DNA from: a virus
Length of the DNA: 64,000 nucleotides
Strand: one strand, 5' to 3'
UHGV virus genome: UHGV-0124283
A model generated the notes under the pieces. The model saw only the letters and a program-made list of their open reading frames with translations, ran no database searches and was not told the DNA's origin. The position numbers and the translations under genes were made by a program. This document shows, in pieces, positions 1-9,392 of this stretch (position 1 is the stretch's first letter; each line of letters begins with the position of its first letter).

Positions 1-49
1 TGATTTCTCCACACCGGCTAAAGCGACCGCAGAGTCGGGAGCGTAACCG

Positions 50-793
50 ATGACGAGTCCCGCACAGCGCCACATGATGCGGGTCTCGGCAGCGATGACC
101 GCGCAGCGGGAAGCCGCCCCGCTGCGACATGCAACTGTCTATGAGCAGATGCTGGTTAAGCTCGCCGCAGACCAGCGCACACTGAAAGCGATTTATTCAA
201 AAGAGCTGAAGGCCGCGAAAAAGCGCGAACTGCTGCCGTTCTGGTTGCCGTGGGTGAACGGCGTGCTGGAGCAGGGCAAAGGTGCACAGGATGACATTCT
301 GATGACGGTCATGCTGTGGCGTCTGGATACCGGCGATATTGCCGGTGCGCTGGAGATTGCCCGTTATGCCCTGAAGTACGGTCTGACCATGCCGGGTAAA
401 CACCGCCGCACCCCGCCGTACATGTTCACCGAGGAGGTGGCGCTTGCGGCCATGCGTGCCCACGCTGCCGGTGAGTCTGTGGATACGCGCCTGCTGACGG
501 ACACCCTTGAACTGACCGCCACGGCTGACATGCCTGATGAAGTGCGCGCAAAGCTGCACAAAATCACCGGTCTGTTTCTGCGTGACGGTGGTGATGCCGC
601 AGGTGCGCTGGCGCACCTGCAACGTGCGACACAGCTCGACTGTCAGGCAGGCGTCAAAAAAGAGATTGAACGACTGGAGCGGGAGCTGAAACCGAAGCCG
701 GAGCCACAGCCAAAAGCGGCCACCCGCGCCCCGCGTAAGACCCGGAGTGCGACACCGGCAAAACGTGGACGCCCGAAAAAGAAAGCCAGTTAA
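50..793 (+). CDS. M: P2-like terminase endonuclease (small) subunit
   Basis: 247 aa translation MTSPAQRHMMRVSAAMTAQ... recognised as P2 gpM-like; ATG at 50; basic C-terminal tail. Confidence 0.85.
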   Translation: MTSPAQRHMMRVSAAMTAQREAAPLRHATVYEQMLVKLAADQRTLKAIYSKELKAAKKRELLPFWLPWVNGVLEQGKGAQDDILMTVMLWRLDTGDIAGALEIARYALKYGLTMPGKHRRTPPYMFTEEVALAAMRAHAAGESVDTRLLTDTLELTATADMPDEVRAKLHKITGLFLRDGGDAAGALAHLQRATQLDCQAGVKKEIERLERELKPKPEPQPKAATRAPRKTRSATPAKRGRPKKKAS

Positions 794-892
794 CAACCGA
801 ATGCGCCCCGCGCCAGGGCGGCACGCCGGTCAGTGAGGGTGAATCACCTGATACTGCACCGGCGTCCACCGCCCGACTTTTCAGAGGTAGTC

Positions 893-1402
893 ATGATGAC
901 GCTGATTATTCCGCGAAAGGAGGCTCCCGTGTCCGGTGAGGGTACGGTGGTCATCCCGCAACCGGCAGGCGACGAGCCGGTGATTAAAAACACGTTCTTT
1001 TTTCCCGATATCGACCCGAAGCGCGTCCGGGAACGTATGCGCCTTGAGCAGACCGTCGCCCCCGCCCGTCTGCGTGAGGCCATCAAGTCAGGCATGGCGG
1101 AGACAAATGCGGAGCTGTACGAGTACCGCGAACAGAAAATTGCCGCCGGTTTTACGCGTCTGGCTGACGTCCCGGCGGACGACATCGACGGTGAAAGCAT
1201 CAGGGTTTTTTACTACGAGCGCGCCGTGTGCGCGATGGCGACCGCGTCGCTTTATGAGCGTTATCGCGGCGTAGATGCCAGTGCGAAAGGCGACAAGAAG
1301 GCTGACAGCATTGACAGCACCATTGATGAGCTGTGGCGGGATATGCGCTGGGCGGTGGCGCGCATCCAGGGCAAGCCGCGCTGCATCGTGAGTCAAATCT
1401 GA
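893..1402 (+). CDS. L: P2-like head completion protein
   Basis: MMTLIIPRKEAPVSGEGTVVIPQ... gpL-like; start moved to ATG 893 after GAGG; stop overlaps next start (ATGA). Confidence 0.8.
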   Translation: MMTLIIPRKEAPVSGEGTVVIPQPAGDEPVIKNTFFFPDIDPKRVRERMRLEQTVAPARLREAIKSGMAETNAELYEYREQKIAAGFTRLADVPADDIDGESIRVFYYERAVCAMATASLYERYRGVDASAKGDKKADSIDSTIDELWRDMRWAVARIQGKPRCIVSQI

Positions 1403-1605
1403 TGAAGACCTTTGCGCTACAGGGCGACACGCTCGACGCCATTTGTGTCCGGTATTACGGGCGCACTGAGGGCGTGGTCGAAGCCGTGCTCGCCGCAAAT
1501 CCGGGACTGGCTGAACTGGGCGCGGTGCTGCCGCACGGCACCGCCGTCGAGCTGCCCGACGTTCAGACCGCGCCCGTGGCTGAAACTGTCAATCTGTGGG
1601 AGTAA
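1402..1605 (+). CDS. X: P2-like tail protein X
   Basis: 67 aa MKTFALQGDTLDAICVRYYGRTEGVVEAVLAANPGLAELG... gpX-like; ATG 1402. Confidence 0.75.
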   Translation: MKTFALQGDTLDAICVRYYGRTEGVVEAVLAANPGLAELGAVLPHGTAVELPDVQTAPVAETVNLWE

Positions 1606-1608
1606 CGC

Positions 1609-1890
1609 ATGACAGCAGAAGAAAAAAGCGTCCTGTCGCTTTTCATGATTGGGGTGCTGATTGTTGTCGGCAAGGTGCTTGCCGGTGGTGAACCCATCAC
1701 CCCGCGTCTGTTTATCGGGCGCATGTTGCTCGGTGGCTTTGTCTCGATGGTTGCCGGTGTTGTTCTGGTGCAGTTTCCTGACCTGTCACTGCCTGCGGTG
1801 TGCGGCATTGGCTCCATGCTGGGTATCGCCGGTTATCAGGTGATTGAGATTGCCATTCAGCGCCGCTTTAAGGGCAGGGGGAAACAGTAA
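1609..1890 (+). CDS. Y: holin
   Basis: 93 aa with two hydrophobic helices and charged C-terminus (RRFKGRGKQ); P2 gpY position. Confidence 0.75.
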   Translation: MTAEEKSVLSLFMIGVLIVVGKVLAGGEPITPRLFIGRMLLGGFVSMVAGVVLVQFPDLSLPAVCGIGSMLGIAGYQVIEIAIQRRFKGRGKQ

Positions 1891-2387
1891 TGCCGGTAAT
1901 GAACACGCATCAGAATATCGCCGCCTTTCTCGACATGCTGGCCGTGTCCGAAGGGACGGCGAACCATCCGCTGACGAAAAACCGGGGCTATGACGTGATA
2001 GTCACCGGACTGGACGGGAAGCCGGAAATTTTCACCGACTACAGTGACCACCCGTTCGCGCATGGCCGACCGGCGAAGGTGTTTAACCGTCGCGGTGAAA
2101 AATCCACGGCCTCCGGTCGCTATCAGCAGCTTTACCTGTTCTGGCCGCATTACCGCAAACAGCTTGCCCTGCCGGATTTCAGTCCGTTGTCACAGGACAG
2201 ACTCGCCATTCAGTTGATCCGCGAACGCGGTGCGCTGGATGACATCCGGGCGGGACGCATTGAGCGCGCCATTTCACGCTGTCGCAGTATCTGGGCGTCC
2301 CTGCCGGGTGCCGGTTACGGTCAGCGTGAGCATTCACTGGAAAAACTGGTCACCGTCTGGCGTACCGCCGGCGGCGTACCGGCTTAA
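1890..2387 (+). CDS. K: endolysin (lysozyme-like)
   Basis: 165 aa, P2 gpK-like; start overlaps holin stop. Confidence 0.8.
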   Translation: MPVMNTHQNIAAFLDMLAVSEGTANHPLTKNRGYDVIVTGLDGKPEIFTDYSDHPFAHGRPAKVFNRRGEKSTASGRYQQLYLFWPHYRKQLALPDFSPLSQDRLAIQLIRERGALDDIRAGRIERAISRCRSIWASLPGAGYGQREHSLEKLVTVWRTAGGVPA

Positions 2388-2401
2388 ACGGAGTAAACAC
2401 C

Positions 2402-2827
2402 ATGAAGAAATTATCCCTTTCACTGATGCTGAACGTGTCGCTGGCGCTGATGCTGGCACTGTCCCTGATTTACCCGCAGAGCGTGGCCGTCAATTTTGTT
2501 GCTGCCTGGGCGATTCTGGCGACGGTTATCTGTGTGGTTGCCGGTGGTGTCGGCGTGTATGCCACTGAGTATGTGCTGGAACGCTACGGGCGGGAGCTGC
2601 CGCCGGAATCGCTGGCCGTGAAGATTGTCACGTCGCTGTTTTTGCAGCCGGTGCCGTGGCGCAGGCGGGCAGCGGCTCTGGTGGTGATGGTGGCGACGTT
2701 TATCTCGCTGGTCGCTGCCGGGTGGATTTTTACTGCGCTGATTTACCTCGTGGCGTCGGTGTTCTTCCGGCTGATACGTACGGCCTGCCGTCAGCGTTTT
2801 GAGGGGCGGGAACCATGTCAAAGCTGA
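2402..2827 (+). CDS. lysA: lysis-timing membrane protein LysA
   Basis: 141 aa polytopic membrane protein at P2 lysA position. Confidence 0.65.
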   Translation: MKKLSLSLMLNVSLALMLALSLIYPQSVAVNFVAAWAILATVICVVAGGVGVYATEYVLERYGRELPPESLAVKIVTSLFLQPVPWRRRAAALVVMVATFISLVAAGWIFTALIYLVASVFFRLIRTACRQRFEGREPCQS

Positions 2828-3240
2828 TGATTGTGCTGGTCGTGTTGTTATCACTGGCGGTGCCGGGGCTGTTTCTGGTGAAGCATGAAAATGCCAGCCT
2901 GCGCACCTCACTGGACAGGGCGAACAGCGTCGCCAGCGGGCAGCAGACGACCATCACCATGCTGAAAAATCAGCTTCATGTTGCACTCACCAGGGCAGAC
3001 AAAAACGAGCTGGCGCAGGTGGCACTGCGTCAGGAACTGGAGAACGCGGCGAAGCGTGAAGCACAGCGCGAGAAAACCATCACGAGGTTACTGAATGAAA
3101 ACGAAGATTTTCGCCGCTGGTATGGTGCTGACCTGCCTGATGCTGTGCGCCGGTTGCACCAGCGCCCCGCCTGCACCGACGCCAGTGATTGTCGCCAACG
3201 CCTGCCCGAAAGTGAGCCTTTGCCCGATGCCGGGCAGTGA
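2815..3240 (+). CDS. lysB: i-spanin-like LysB
   Basis: N-terminal TM helix then coiled-coil periplasmic domain; P2 lysB position. Confidence 0.65.
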   Translation: MSKLMIVLVVLLSLAVPGLFLVKHENASLRTSLDRANSVASGQQTTITMLKNQLHVALTRADKNELAQVALRQELENAAKREAQREKTITRLLNENEDFRRWYGADLPDAVRRLHQRPACTDASDCRQRLPESEPLPDAGQ

Positions 3241-3385
3241 CCCGGAGACGAACGGCGATTTAAGTGCTGATATCCGGCAGCTTGAGAACGCGCTGGCACG
3301 CTGTGCCAGCCAGGTAAAAATGATTAAACACTGTCAGGACGAAAACGATGCTCAAACCCGACAGCCTGCGCAGGGCGCTGACTGA
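3095..3385 (+). CDS. lysC: o-spanin lipoprotein LysC (overlaps lysB out of frame)
   Basis: Signal peptide with lipobox LCAGC, proline-rich mature part; ATG 3095 embedded in lysB. Confidence 0.5.
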   Translation: MKTKIFAAGMVLTCLMLCAGCTSAPPAPTPVIVANACPKVSLCPMPGSDPETNGDLSADIRQLENALARCASQVKMIKHCQDENDAQTRQPAQGAD

Positions 3386-3815
3386 TGCCGTCACGGTGCT
3401 GAAAACTAACCCCGATATGCTGCGGATATTCGTGGATAACGGGAGTATTGCCTCCACACTGGCGGCGTCGTTGTCATTCGAAAAGCGTTACACGCTCAAT
3501 GTCATTGTGACCGACTTTACCGGTGATTTTGACCTGCTCATCGTGCCGGTGCTGGCGTGGCTGCGGGAAAATCAGCCCGACATCATGACCACCGACGAAG
3601 GCCAGAAAAAGGGCTTCACGTTTTATGCAGACATCAACAATGACAGCAGCTTTGATATCAGCATCAGCCTGATGCTGACCGAGCGCACGCTGGTCAGTGA
3701 GGTGGACGGCGCGCTGCATGTGAAGAATATCCCGGAACCTCCGCCGCCGGAGCCGGTCACCCGCCCGATGGAGCTTTATATCAATGGCGAACTGGTGAGT
3801 AAGTGGGATGAATGA
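3348..3815 (+). CDS. R: tail completion protein R
   Basis: 155 aa, P2 gpR-like translation and position. Confidence 0.8.
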   Translation: MLKPDSLRRALTDAVTVLKTNPDMLRIFVDNGSIASTLAASLSFEKRYTLNVIVTDFTGDFDLLIVPVLAWLRENQPDIMTTDEGQKKGFTFYADINNDSSFDISISLMLTERTLVSEVDGALHVKNIPEPPPPEPVTRPMELYINGELVSKWDE

Positions 3816-4260
3816 GTTTAAGCGTTTTGAAGACCGGCTGACCGGACTGATTGAGTCGCTGTCACCGTCAGGGCGTCGGCGACTGAGTGCCGAACTGGCG
3901 AAACGTCTGCGGCAGAGTCAGCAGCGTCGGGTGATGGCTCAGAAAGCCCCGGACGGCACACCCTACGCGCCACGCCAGCAGCAGAGCGCCAGAAAAAAGA
4001 CTGGTCGTGTTAAGCGAAAAATGTTTGCGAAACTTATCACCAGTCGTTTTTTGCATATCCGCGCCAGCCCGGAACAGGCATCAATGGAGTTTTACGGCGG
4101 GAAGTCACCGAAAATCGCCAGTGTGCATCAGTTCGGTCTGTCGGAAGAAACCCGGAAAGACGGTAAGAAAATTGATTATCCGGCGCGTCCTCTGCTCGGT
4201 TTTACCGGTGAGGATGTGCAGATGATTGAAGAGATTATCCTGGCTCACCTTGAGCGTTAG
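3808..4260 (+). CDS. S: tail completion protein S
   Basis: 150 aa, P2 gpS-like translation and position. Confidence 0.8.
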   Translation: MNEFKRFEDRLTGLIESLSPSGRRRLSAELAKRLRQSQQRRVMAQKAPDGTPYAPRQQQSARKKTGRVKRKMFAKLITSRFLHIRASPEQASMEFYGGKSPKIASVHQFGLSEETRKDGKKIDYPARPLLGFTGEDVQMIEEIILAHLER

Positions 4261-4284
4261 TTGTGTCATTCCCGACACCTCATT

Positions 4285-4320
4285 GCTGCTGCCGGTGCTT
4301 ACCGGCAGCAGTCTTCTGTT
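4285..4320 (+). terminator. rho-independent-type hairpin after gene S
   Basis: Stem ctgctgccggt / accggcagcag (4286-4311), U-rich tail tcttctgtt. Confidence 0.45.
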
Positions 4321-4340
4321 AGAATACGTTAAAACTAAAG

Positions 4341-5441
4341 CTAAGGTTGTGTGCTTATGTTTTCTCTTATATTCGAGAAAAAATCGGAGATATCTCTGTT
4401 TTTCAGATTTAAACCTGCTTTGTTATTAAATTCAGATTCTAACGAAGGTGAGTTTTGAAACGCAACGATAATTTGACATAAATAACTCAAAAGAGCTTCT
4501 TTTGGCATGGTGGTTTCTCTGTAATAATTAATAAATGGTTCTCCGAAGCAGAATATTCTATCTACTATCTGCTTTTTCATTTGTGAGAGTTTTTGATTGA
4601 GTTGTTCTATTGTAGTTATGTTGGCTAGGTTTAAACCATTTAGTAGGTATCCCAAATCTTTATCCTTGTATCGGCCATGTACTGTGATTCCTGTTTTTTC
4701 TTTTATCTCTTCTGAAAGTTCACTCATAACTCGACTTGTGTTTAAGAATTCATCCAAAGTGAAAATATCTAAAACTGAATCACTAGTTCCTTGCTCTAGT
4801 TCTTTTGCAACCTCTTTCTGCCGTTCAGAAATCTTTTTTCTGATTTTAATAAATTCATCATCGGCCATTTCTAAAAGACCAGCTAAGCGTGAAAAGTATC
4901 TTCTTATTTCATTAGGCAGTCCTGTGGCCGACTTATAACCAATGTCGTGTTCAATCTCCGCCCAGGCATGCTGAAGGATTGATCGTATTTGTAATTCGGC
5001 TTTGATGTTTTTATATACTTCATATTCTTTTAAGTTTGTTCTGGTTGAGTTTAAAGTTACTATATAATGAAGTGATAGGTAACCAAATTTATCAGGCGCA
5101 ATTGAGGTTCTTTTATCAATAGAGTTCTCTTGGTCAATGGTGAACTCCTTTTCAACTATAGCAGCTATCTTATCAACATCATCAGCATAATGTGTGATGA
5201 TCCTGATACCAACGATATCAGTAATATCATCTATAGACTTGTATTTTCCCTTTTTATTAATCTTACCTTCAAGGCTTTTTTTTGTTTTAACTCTTGATTC
5301 AAGTGAGTGAATTGAAATTTTTTCATTGCGAATTAACGTGGTTAATAACGATTTAAGAGTAAGGGCATAGGACTCAAATTTATCTTTCCGTTCATCATAA
5401 GTAATTAGAATGTCTGACATGCGTGTATCCATTGGCTCCAA
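4341..5441 (-). CDS. RelA/SpoT-domain nucleotide pyrophosphokinase; candidate fused toxSAS toxin-antitoxin (CapRel-like)
   Basis: 366 aa; motifs RVKTKKSLEGK, DIVGIRIITHY, FGYLSLHYIV, ELQIRSILQHAWAEIEHD typical of RelA/SpoT synthetase fold; ~170 aa C-terminal extension; AT-rich island between P2-like S and V. Confidence 0.6.
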   Translation of the reverse strand: MEPMDTRMSDILITYDERKDKFESYALTLKSLLTTLIRNEKISIHSLESRVKTKKSLEGKINKKGKYKSIDDITDIVGIRIITHYADDVDKIAAIVEKEFTIDQENSIDKRTSIAPDKFGYLSLHYIVTLNSTRTNLKEYEVYKNIKAELQIRSILQHAWAEIEHDIGYKSATGLPNEIRRYFSRLAGLLEMADDEFIKIRKKISERQKEVAKELEQGTSDSVLDIFTLDEFLNTSRVMSELSEEIKEKTGITVHGRYKDKDLGYLLNGLNLANITTIEQLNQKLSQMKKQIVDRIFCFGEPFINYYRETTMPKEALLSYLCQIIVAFQNSPSLESEFNNKAGLNLKNRDISDFFSNIRENISTQP

Positions 5442-5565
5442 TTAGTGAGGATGTTTTTTTGCCAGTTAAGTAATCATTATATTCACTTCAAATGGAGTGT
5501 TGTGTCAACCTTAGAAAAACACTCTTTTATTGTTCTCATCAGTTCTCAGCAGCATGCTAGATCTT

Positions 5566-6201
5566 ATGAAAACACTCGCAAATATCCAGGAACTCGCGCG
5601 CGCACTGCGCAACATGATCCGCACCGGCATTATCGTCGAAACCGACCTTAACGCCGGTCGCTGCCGTGTGCAGACCGGCGGCATGTGCACCGACTGGCTT
5701 CAGTGGCTGACACATCGTGCCGGGCGTTCGCGCACATGGTGGGCACCTTCCGTGGGGGAACAGGTGCTGATTCTGGCCGTGGGCGGTGAACTCGACACGG
5801 CGTTCGTTCTGCCGGGGATTTATTCCGGCGATAACCCCGCGCCGTCTGCGTCGGCGGATGCCCTGCATATCCGTTTCCCTGACGGGGCGGTGATTGAGTA
5901 TGAACCCGAAACCAGTGCACTCACGGTAAGCGGAATTAAAACGGCCAGCGTGACGGCTTCTGATTCTGTTACTGCCACGGTGCCGGTGGTCATGGTGAAA
6001 GCGTCAACCCGCATCACCCTGGACACACCGGAGGTGGTCTGCACCAACAGGCTGATTACCGGCACGCTGGAAGTGCAGAAGGGCGGGACGATGCGCGGCA
6101 ACATTGAACACACCGGCGGTGAGCTCTCATCAAACGGTAAGGTACTGCATACCCATAAACACCCCGGCGACAGCGGCGGCACAACCGGGAGTCCTCTATG
6201 A
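5566..6201 (+). CDS. V: baseplate spike/assembly protein V
   Basis: MKTLANIQELARALRNMIRTG... gpV-like; ATG 5566 chosen over upstream TTG 5530. Confidence 0.8.
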   Translation: MKTLANIQELARALRNMIRTGIIVETDLNAGRCRVQTGGMCTDWLQWLTHRAGRSRTWWAPSVGEQVLILAVGGELDTAFVLPGIYSGDNPAPSASADALHIRFPDGAVIEYEPETSALTVSGIKTASVTASDSVTATVPVVMVKASTRITLDTPEVVCTNRLITGTLEVQKGGTMRGNIEHTGGELSSNGKVLHTHKHPGDSGGTTGSPL

Positions 6202-6545
6202 CAGCGCGTTATCTCGGAATGAATCGCAGTGATGGCCAGACTGTCACTGACCTTGAGCATATCAGCCAGAGTATCGGCGATATCCTGCGCACACCGGTCG
6301 GCTCACGGGTGATGCGTCGTGATTACGGCTCGTTGCTGGCATCAATGATTGACCAGCCGCAGACCCCGGCGCTTGAGCTGCAGATTAAGGTCGCCTGTTA
6401 CATGGCGGTACTGAAATGGGAACCCCGCGTCACCCTGTCATCCGTCACCACGGCGCGCAGTTTTGACGGGCGAATGACGGTCACGTTAACCGGTCAGCAC
6501 AACGACACCGGCCAGCCACTTTCGTTAACCATCCCTGTGAGTTGA
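6198..6545 (+). CDS. W: baseplate wedge protein W
   Basis: 115 aa gpW-like; overlaps V stop. Confidence 0.8.
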   Translation: MTARYLGMNRSDGQTVTDLEHISQSIGDILRTPVGSRVMRRDYGSLLASMIDQPQTPALELQIKVACYMAVLKWEPRVTLSSVTTARSFDGRMTVTLTGQHNDTGQPLSLTIPVS

Positions 6546-6549
6546 AACC

Positions 6550-7458
6550 ATGCCGATTATCGACCTGAACCAGCTACCCGCACCGGATGTGGTCGAGGAG
6601 CTGGACTTTGAAACCATTCTTGCCGAACGCAAGGCGACACTGATTTCCCTTTACCCGGAAGACCAGCAGGAGGCGGTCGCCCGTACCCTGACGCTGGAAT
6701 CCGAGCCTCTCGTCAAACTGCTGGAGGAAAACGCTTATCGTGAGCTTATCTGGCGTCAGCGTGTGAATGAGGCCGCACGGGCGGTGATGCTGGCCTGTGC
6801 CGCCGGTAATGACCTTGATGTGATTGGTGCCAATTACAACACCACGCGCCTGATTATCACCCCGGCAGATGATTCGACCCTCCCGCCGACACCGGCAGTG
6901 ATGGAATCTGACACCGATTATCGTCTGCGTATTCAGCAGGCGTTTGAGGGCTTAAGCGTCGCCGGGTCGGTGGGAGCCTATCAGTATCATGGCCGCAGTG
7001 CCGACGGGCGTGTCGCGGATATCTCTGTCACCAGTCCGTCTCCGGCCTGCGTCACCATCTCCGTGCTGTCACGTGAAAATAACGGCGTCGCATCCGAAGA
7101 CCTGCTGGCCGTGGTGCGTAACGCCCTTAATGGCGAGGACGTCAGGCCGGTGGCCGACCGCGTGACCGTGCAGTCTGCCGCCATTGTTGAATATCAGATA
7201 AACGCCACGCTTTACCTTTACCCAGGTCCCGAAAGCGAACCCATCCGCGCTGCTGCCGTGAAAAAACTGGAAGCGTACATCACGGCACAGCACCGGCTTG
7301 GGCGCGACATCCGTCTGTCTGCCATTTATGCCGCTTTGCATGTGGAAGGCGTGCAGCGTGTCGAACTGACTGCACCTCTGGCTGACATTGTGCTCAACAG
7401 TACGCAGGCGTCTTTCTGCACCGAATACAGCGTCGTGACCGGAGGCTCGGATGAGTGA
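6550..7458 (+). CDS. J: baseplate protein J
   Basis: 302 aa gpJ-like. Confidence 0.8.
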   Translation: MPIIDLNQLPAPDVVEELDFETILAERKATLISLYPEDQQEAVARTLTLESEPLVKLLEENAYRELIWRQRVNEAARAVMLACAAGNDLDVIGANYNTTRLIITPADDSTLPPTPAVMESDTDYRLRIQQAFEGLSVAGSVGAYQYHGRSADGRVADISVTSPSPACVTISVLSRENNGVASEDLLAVVRNALNGEDVRPVADRVTVQSAAIVEYQINATLYLYPGPESEPIRAAAVKKLEAYITAQHRLGRDIRLSAIYAALHVEGVQRVELTAPLADIVLNSTQASFCTEYSVVTGGSDE

Positions 7459-8062
7459 TTCGCGCCTGCTGCCGACCGGCTCATCACCGCTTGAAGTCGC
7501 CGCCGCAAGAGCCTGTGCGGAAATTGAAAAAACGCCGGTCAGTATTCGTGAGCTGTGGAACCCGGATACCTGTCCGGCAAATCTGCTGCCGTGGCTGGCG
7601 TGGTCATTTTCGGTTGACCGCTGGGATGATAAGTGGCCGGAAGCGACAAAACGCGCTGTTATCCGCGATGCGTATTTCATTCACTGCCATAAGGGCACTA
7701 TTGGTGCGATTCGCCGTGTGGTGGAGCCGCTCGGCTATCTGATTGAGGTGAGGGAGTGGTGGCAGCTCAACGAGGAGCCGGGGACGTTCCGCATCGTTGT
7801 TGGCGTGCTTGAGCAGGGTATTACCGAGGAAATGTATCAGGAGCTGGAGCGTCTCGTTGCTGATGCAAAACCTGCAAGCCGCCATCTGACGGGACTGGCT
7901 ATCAGTTTAAGTACAACCGGCAACATTTTTGCCGGTGCGGGATGCTATCACGGCGACGCCCTGACGGTTTATCCCTACACCCCGGAGGCCATTATTGTCG
8001 GAGGGGATTATTTCCCGGCCTCGGCCATTCATTTAATTGATAACCTGAGAGTAAACGCATGA
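7451..8062 (+). CDS. I: baseplate/tail protein I
   Basis: 203 aa at P2 gpI position; overlapping starts and stops. Confidence 0.7.
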   Translation: MSDSRLLPTGSSPLEVAAARACAEIEKTPVSIRELWNPDTCPANLLPWLAWSFSVDRWDDKWPEATKRAVIRDAYFIHCHKGTIGAIRRVVEPLGYLIEVREWWQLNEEPGTFRIVVGVLEQGITEEMYQELERLVADAKPASRHLTGLAISLSTTGNIFAGAGCYHGDALTVYPYTPEAIIVGGDYFPASAIHLIDNLRVNA

Positions 8063-9387
8063 CAGTGAAATACTACGCCATTCTGACTAATCAGGGCGCA
8101 GCACGGCTGGCTAACGCGACGATGCTCGGCAGTAAGCTGAATCTGACGCAAATGGCCGTTGGTGATGCAAATGGTGTCTTGCCGACACCAGACCCGGCAC
8201 AGACAAAACTTATTAACCAGAAACGCATCGCGCCGCTGAATCTTCTGAGTGTTGACCCGAACAACCAGAGCCAGATTATTGCGGAGCAAATCATCCCTGA
8301 GAACGAGGGCGGATTCTGGATCCGTGAGATTGGGCTTTATGATGATGAAGGCGTACTCATTGCGGTGGCGAACTGCCCGGAAACGTACAAACCGCAGTTG
8401 CAAGAAGGAAGTGGTCGTACCCAGACTATCCGCATGATTCTGGTTGTCACGAATACCGAAGCTATTACGCTAAAAATCGACCCGTCGGTGGTACTGGCGA
8501 CCCGTAAATACGTGGATGATGAAGTCCTGGAATTAAGGCTGTATGTGGATGACCAGATGAGAAACCACATTGCCGCACAGGATCCTCATACCCAGTATGC
8601 ACAGAAACATAATCCGACATTTACCGGAGAACCAAAAGCGCCGACGCCTGCCGCAGGAAATAACACCACGCGGATTGCGACCACTGCGTTTGTTCAGGCC
8701 GCTATTACCGCTCTGATTAACGGTGCGCCAGCCACGCTGGACACACTGAAAGAAATTGCCGCAGCCATTAACAATGACCCGAAATTCAGCACCACCATTA
8801 ACAATGCGCTGTCAGGTAAGCAGCCACTGGATGAGACGCTGACTCATTTGAGCGGAAAGGATGTTGCCGGCCTTCTCGCATACCTTGGTTTGGGAGAAGG
8901 CTCTGCATTACCTGTTGGTGTGCCTGTTCCATGGCCTTCAGCCACACCGCCAACAGGCTGGCTGAAATGCAACGGTGCGGCTTTTTCTGCTGAAGAATAC
9001 CCGGAACTGGCAAAGGCTTACCCGACAAATAAATTGCCTGATTTACGTGGTGAGTTCATTCGTGGCTGGGATGACGGGCGCGGGATTGATCCAGGTCGCT
9101 CTATTTTAAGCGAGCAAGGATATGCAACGGAGGATCATGCTCACGGATTACCGTCAAAATCAACCGTAGCAACTGACAGCTCAATTAATTTCTACTTTGA
9201 CGAGGCATGGGCTACTAGTGGTAATACGGGAGTTATCAGATGGGGGAACACAAGCGATGCAGGATTGCCAGCCCCTAATTATGGAACTTTTAAAACATAT
9301 AAACAGTCCGTAGCTAATTTAGGTACTGCTGGCTTAGAAACCCGCCCTCGTAATATTGCATTTAATTATATTGTGAGGGCGGATTAA
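8059..9387 (+). CDS. H: tail fibre protein: P2 H-like N-terminus joined to a P1 Sv-type variable C-terminus
   Basis: N-terminus MTVKYYAILTNQGAARLANATMLG...GLYDDEGVLIAVAN resembles P2 gpH; from ~aa 275 (LGLGEGSALPVGVPVPWP...RPRNIAFNYIVRAD) it shares the junction and terminal motif of the minus-strand cassettes. Confidence 0.7.
   Translation: MTVKYYAILTNQGAARLANATMLGSKLNLTQMAVGDANGVLPTPDPAQTKLINQKRIAPLNLLSVDPNNQSQIIAEQIIPENEGGFWIREIGLYDDEGVLIAVANCPETYKPQLQEGSGRTQTIRMILVVTNTEAITLKIDPSVVLATRKYVDDEVLELRLYVDDQMRNHIAAQDPHTQYAQKHNPTFTGEPKAPTPAAGNNTTRIATTAFVQAAITALINGAPATLDTLKEIAAAINNDPKFSTTINNALSGKQPLDETLTHLSGKDVAGLLAYLGLGEGSALPVGVPVPWPSATPPTGWLKCNGAAFSAEEYPELAKAYPTNKLPDLRGEFIRGWDDGRGIDPGRSILSEQGYATEDHAHGLPSKSTVATDSSINFYFDEAWATSGNTGVIRWGNTSDAGLPAPNYGTFKTYKQSVANLGTAGLETRPRNIAFNYIVRAD
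8873..8900 (+). other. candidate serine-invertase crossover site (cix/gix-like) at constant/variable junction
   Basis: TTCTCGCATACCTTGGTTTGGGAGAAGG; the half ACCTTGGTTTGGGAGAA recurs inverted at 10451-10477, 10924-10950 and 11364-11391. Confidence 0.4.
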
Positions 9388-9392
9388 TTATA

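Noticed and set aside
197-796. 199-aa minus-strand ORF
   Set aside because: Entirely antisense to the well-supported gpM gene; GC-rich frame artefact.
4226-4429. 67-aa plus-strand ORF in the S / RelA-SpoT intergenic region
   Set aside because: Overlaps the terminator hairpin and the 3' end of the minus-strand gene; no RBS; spurious.
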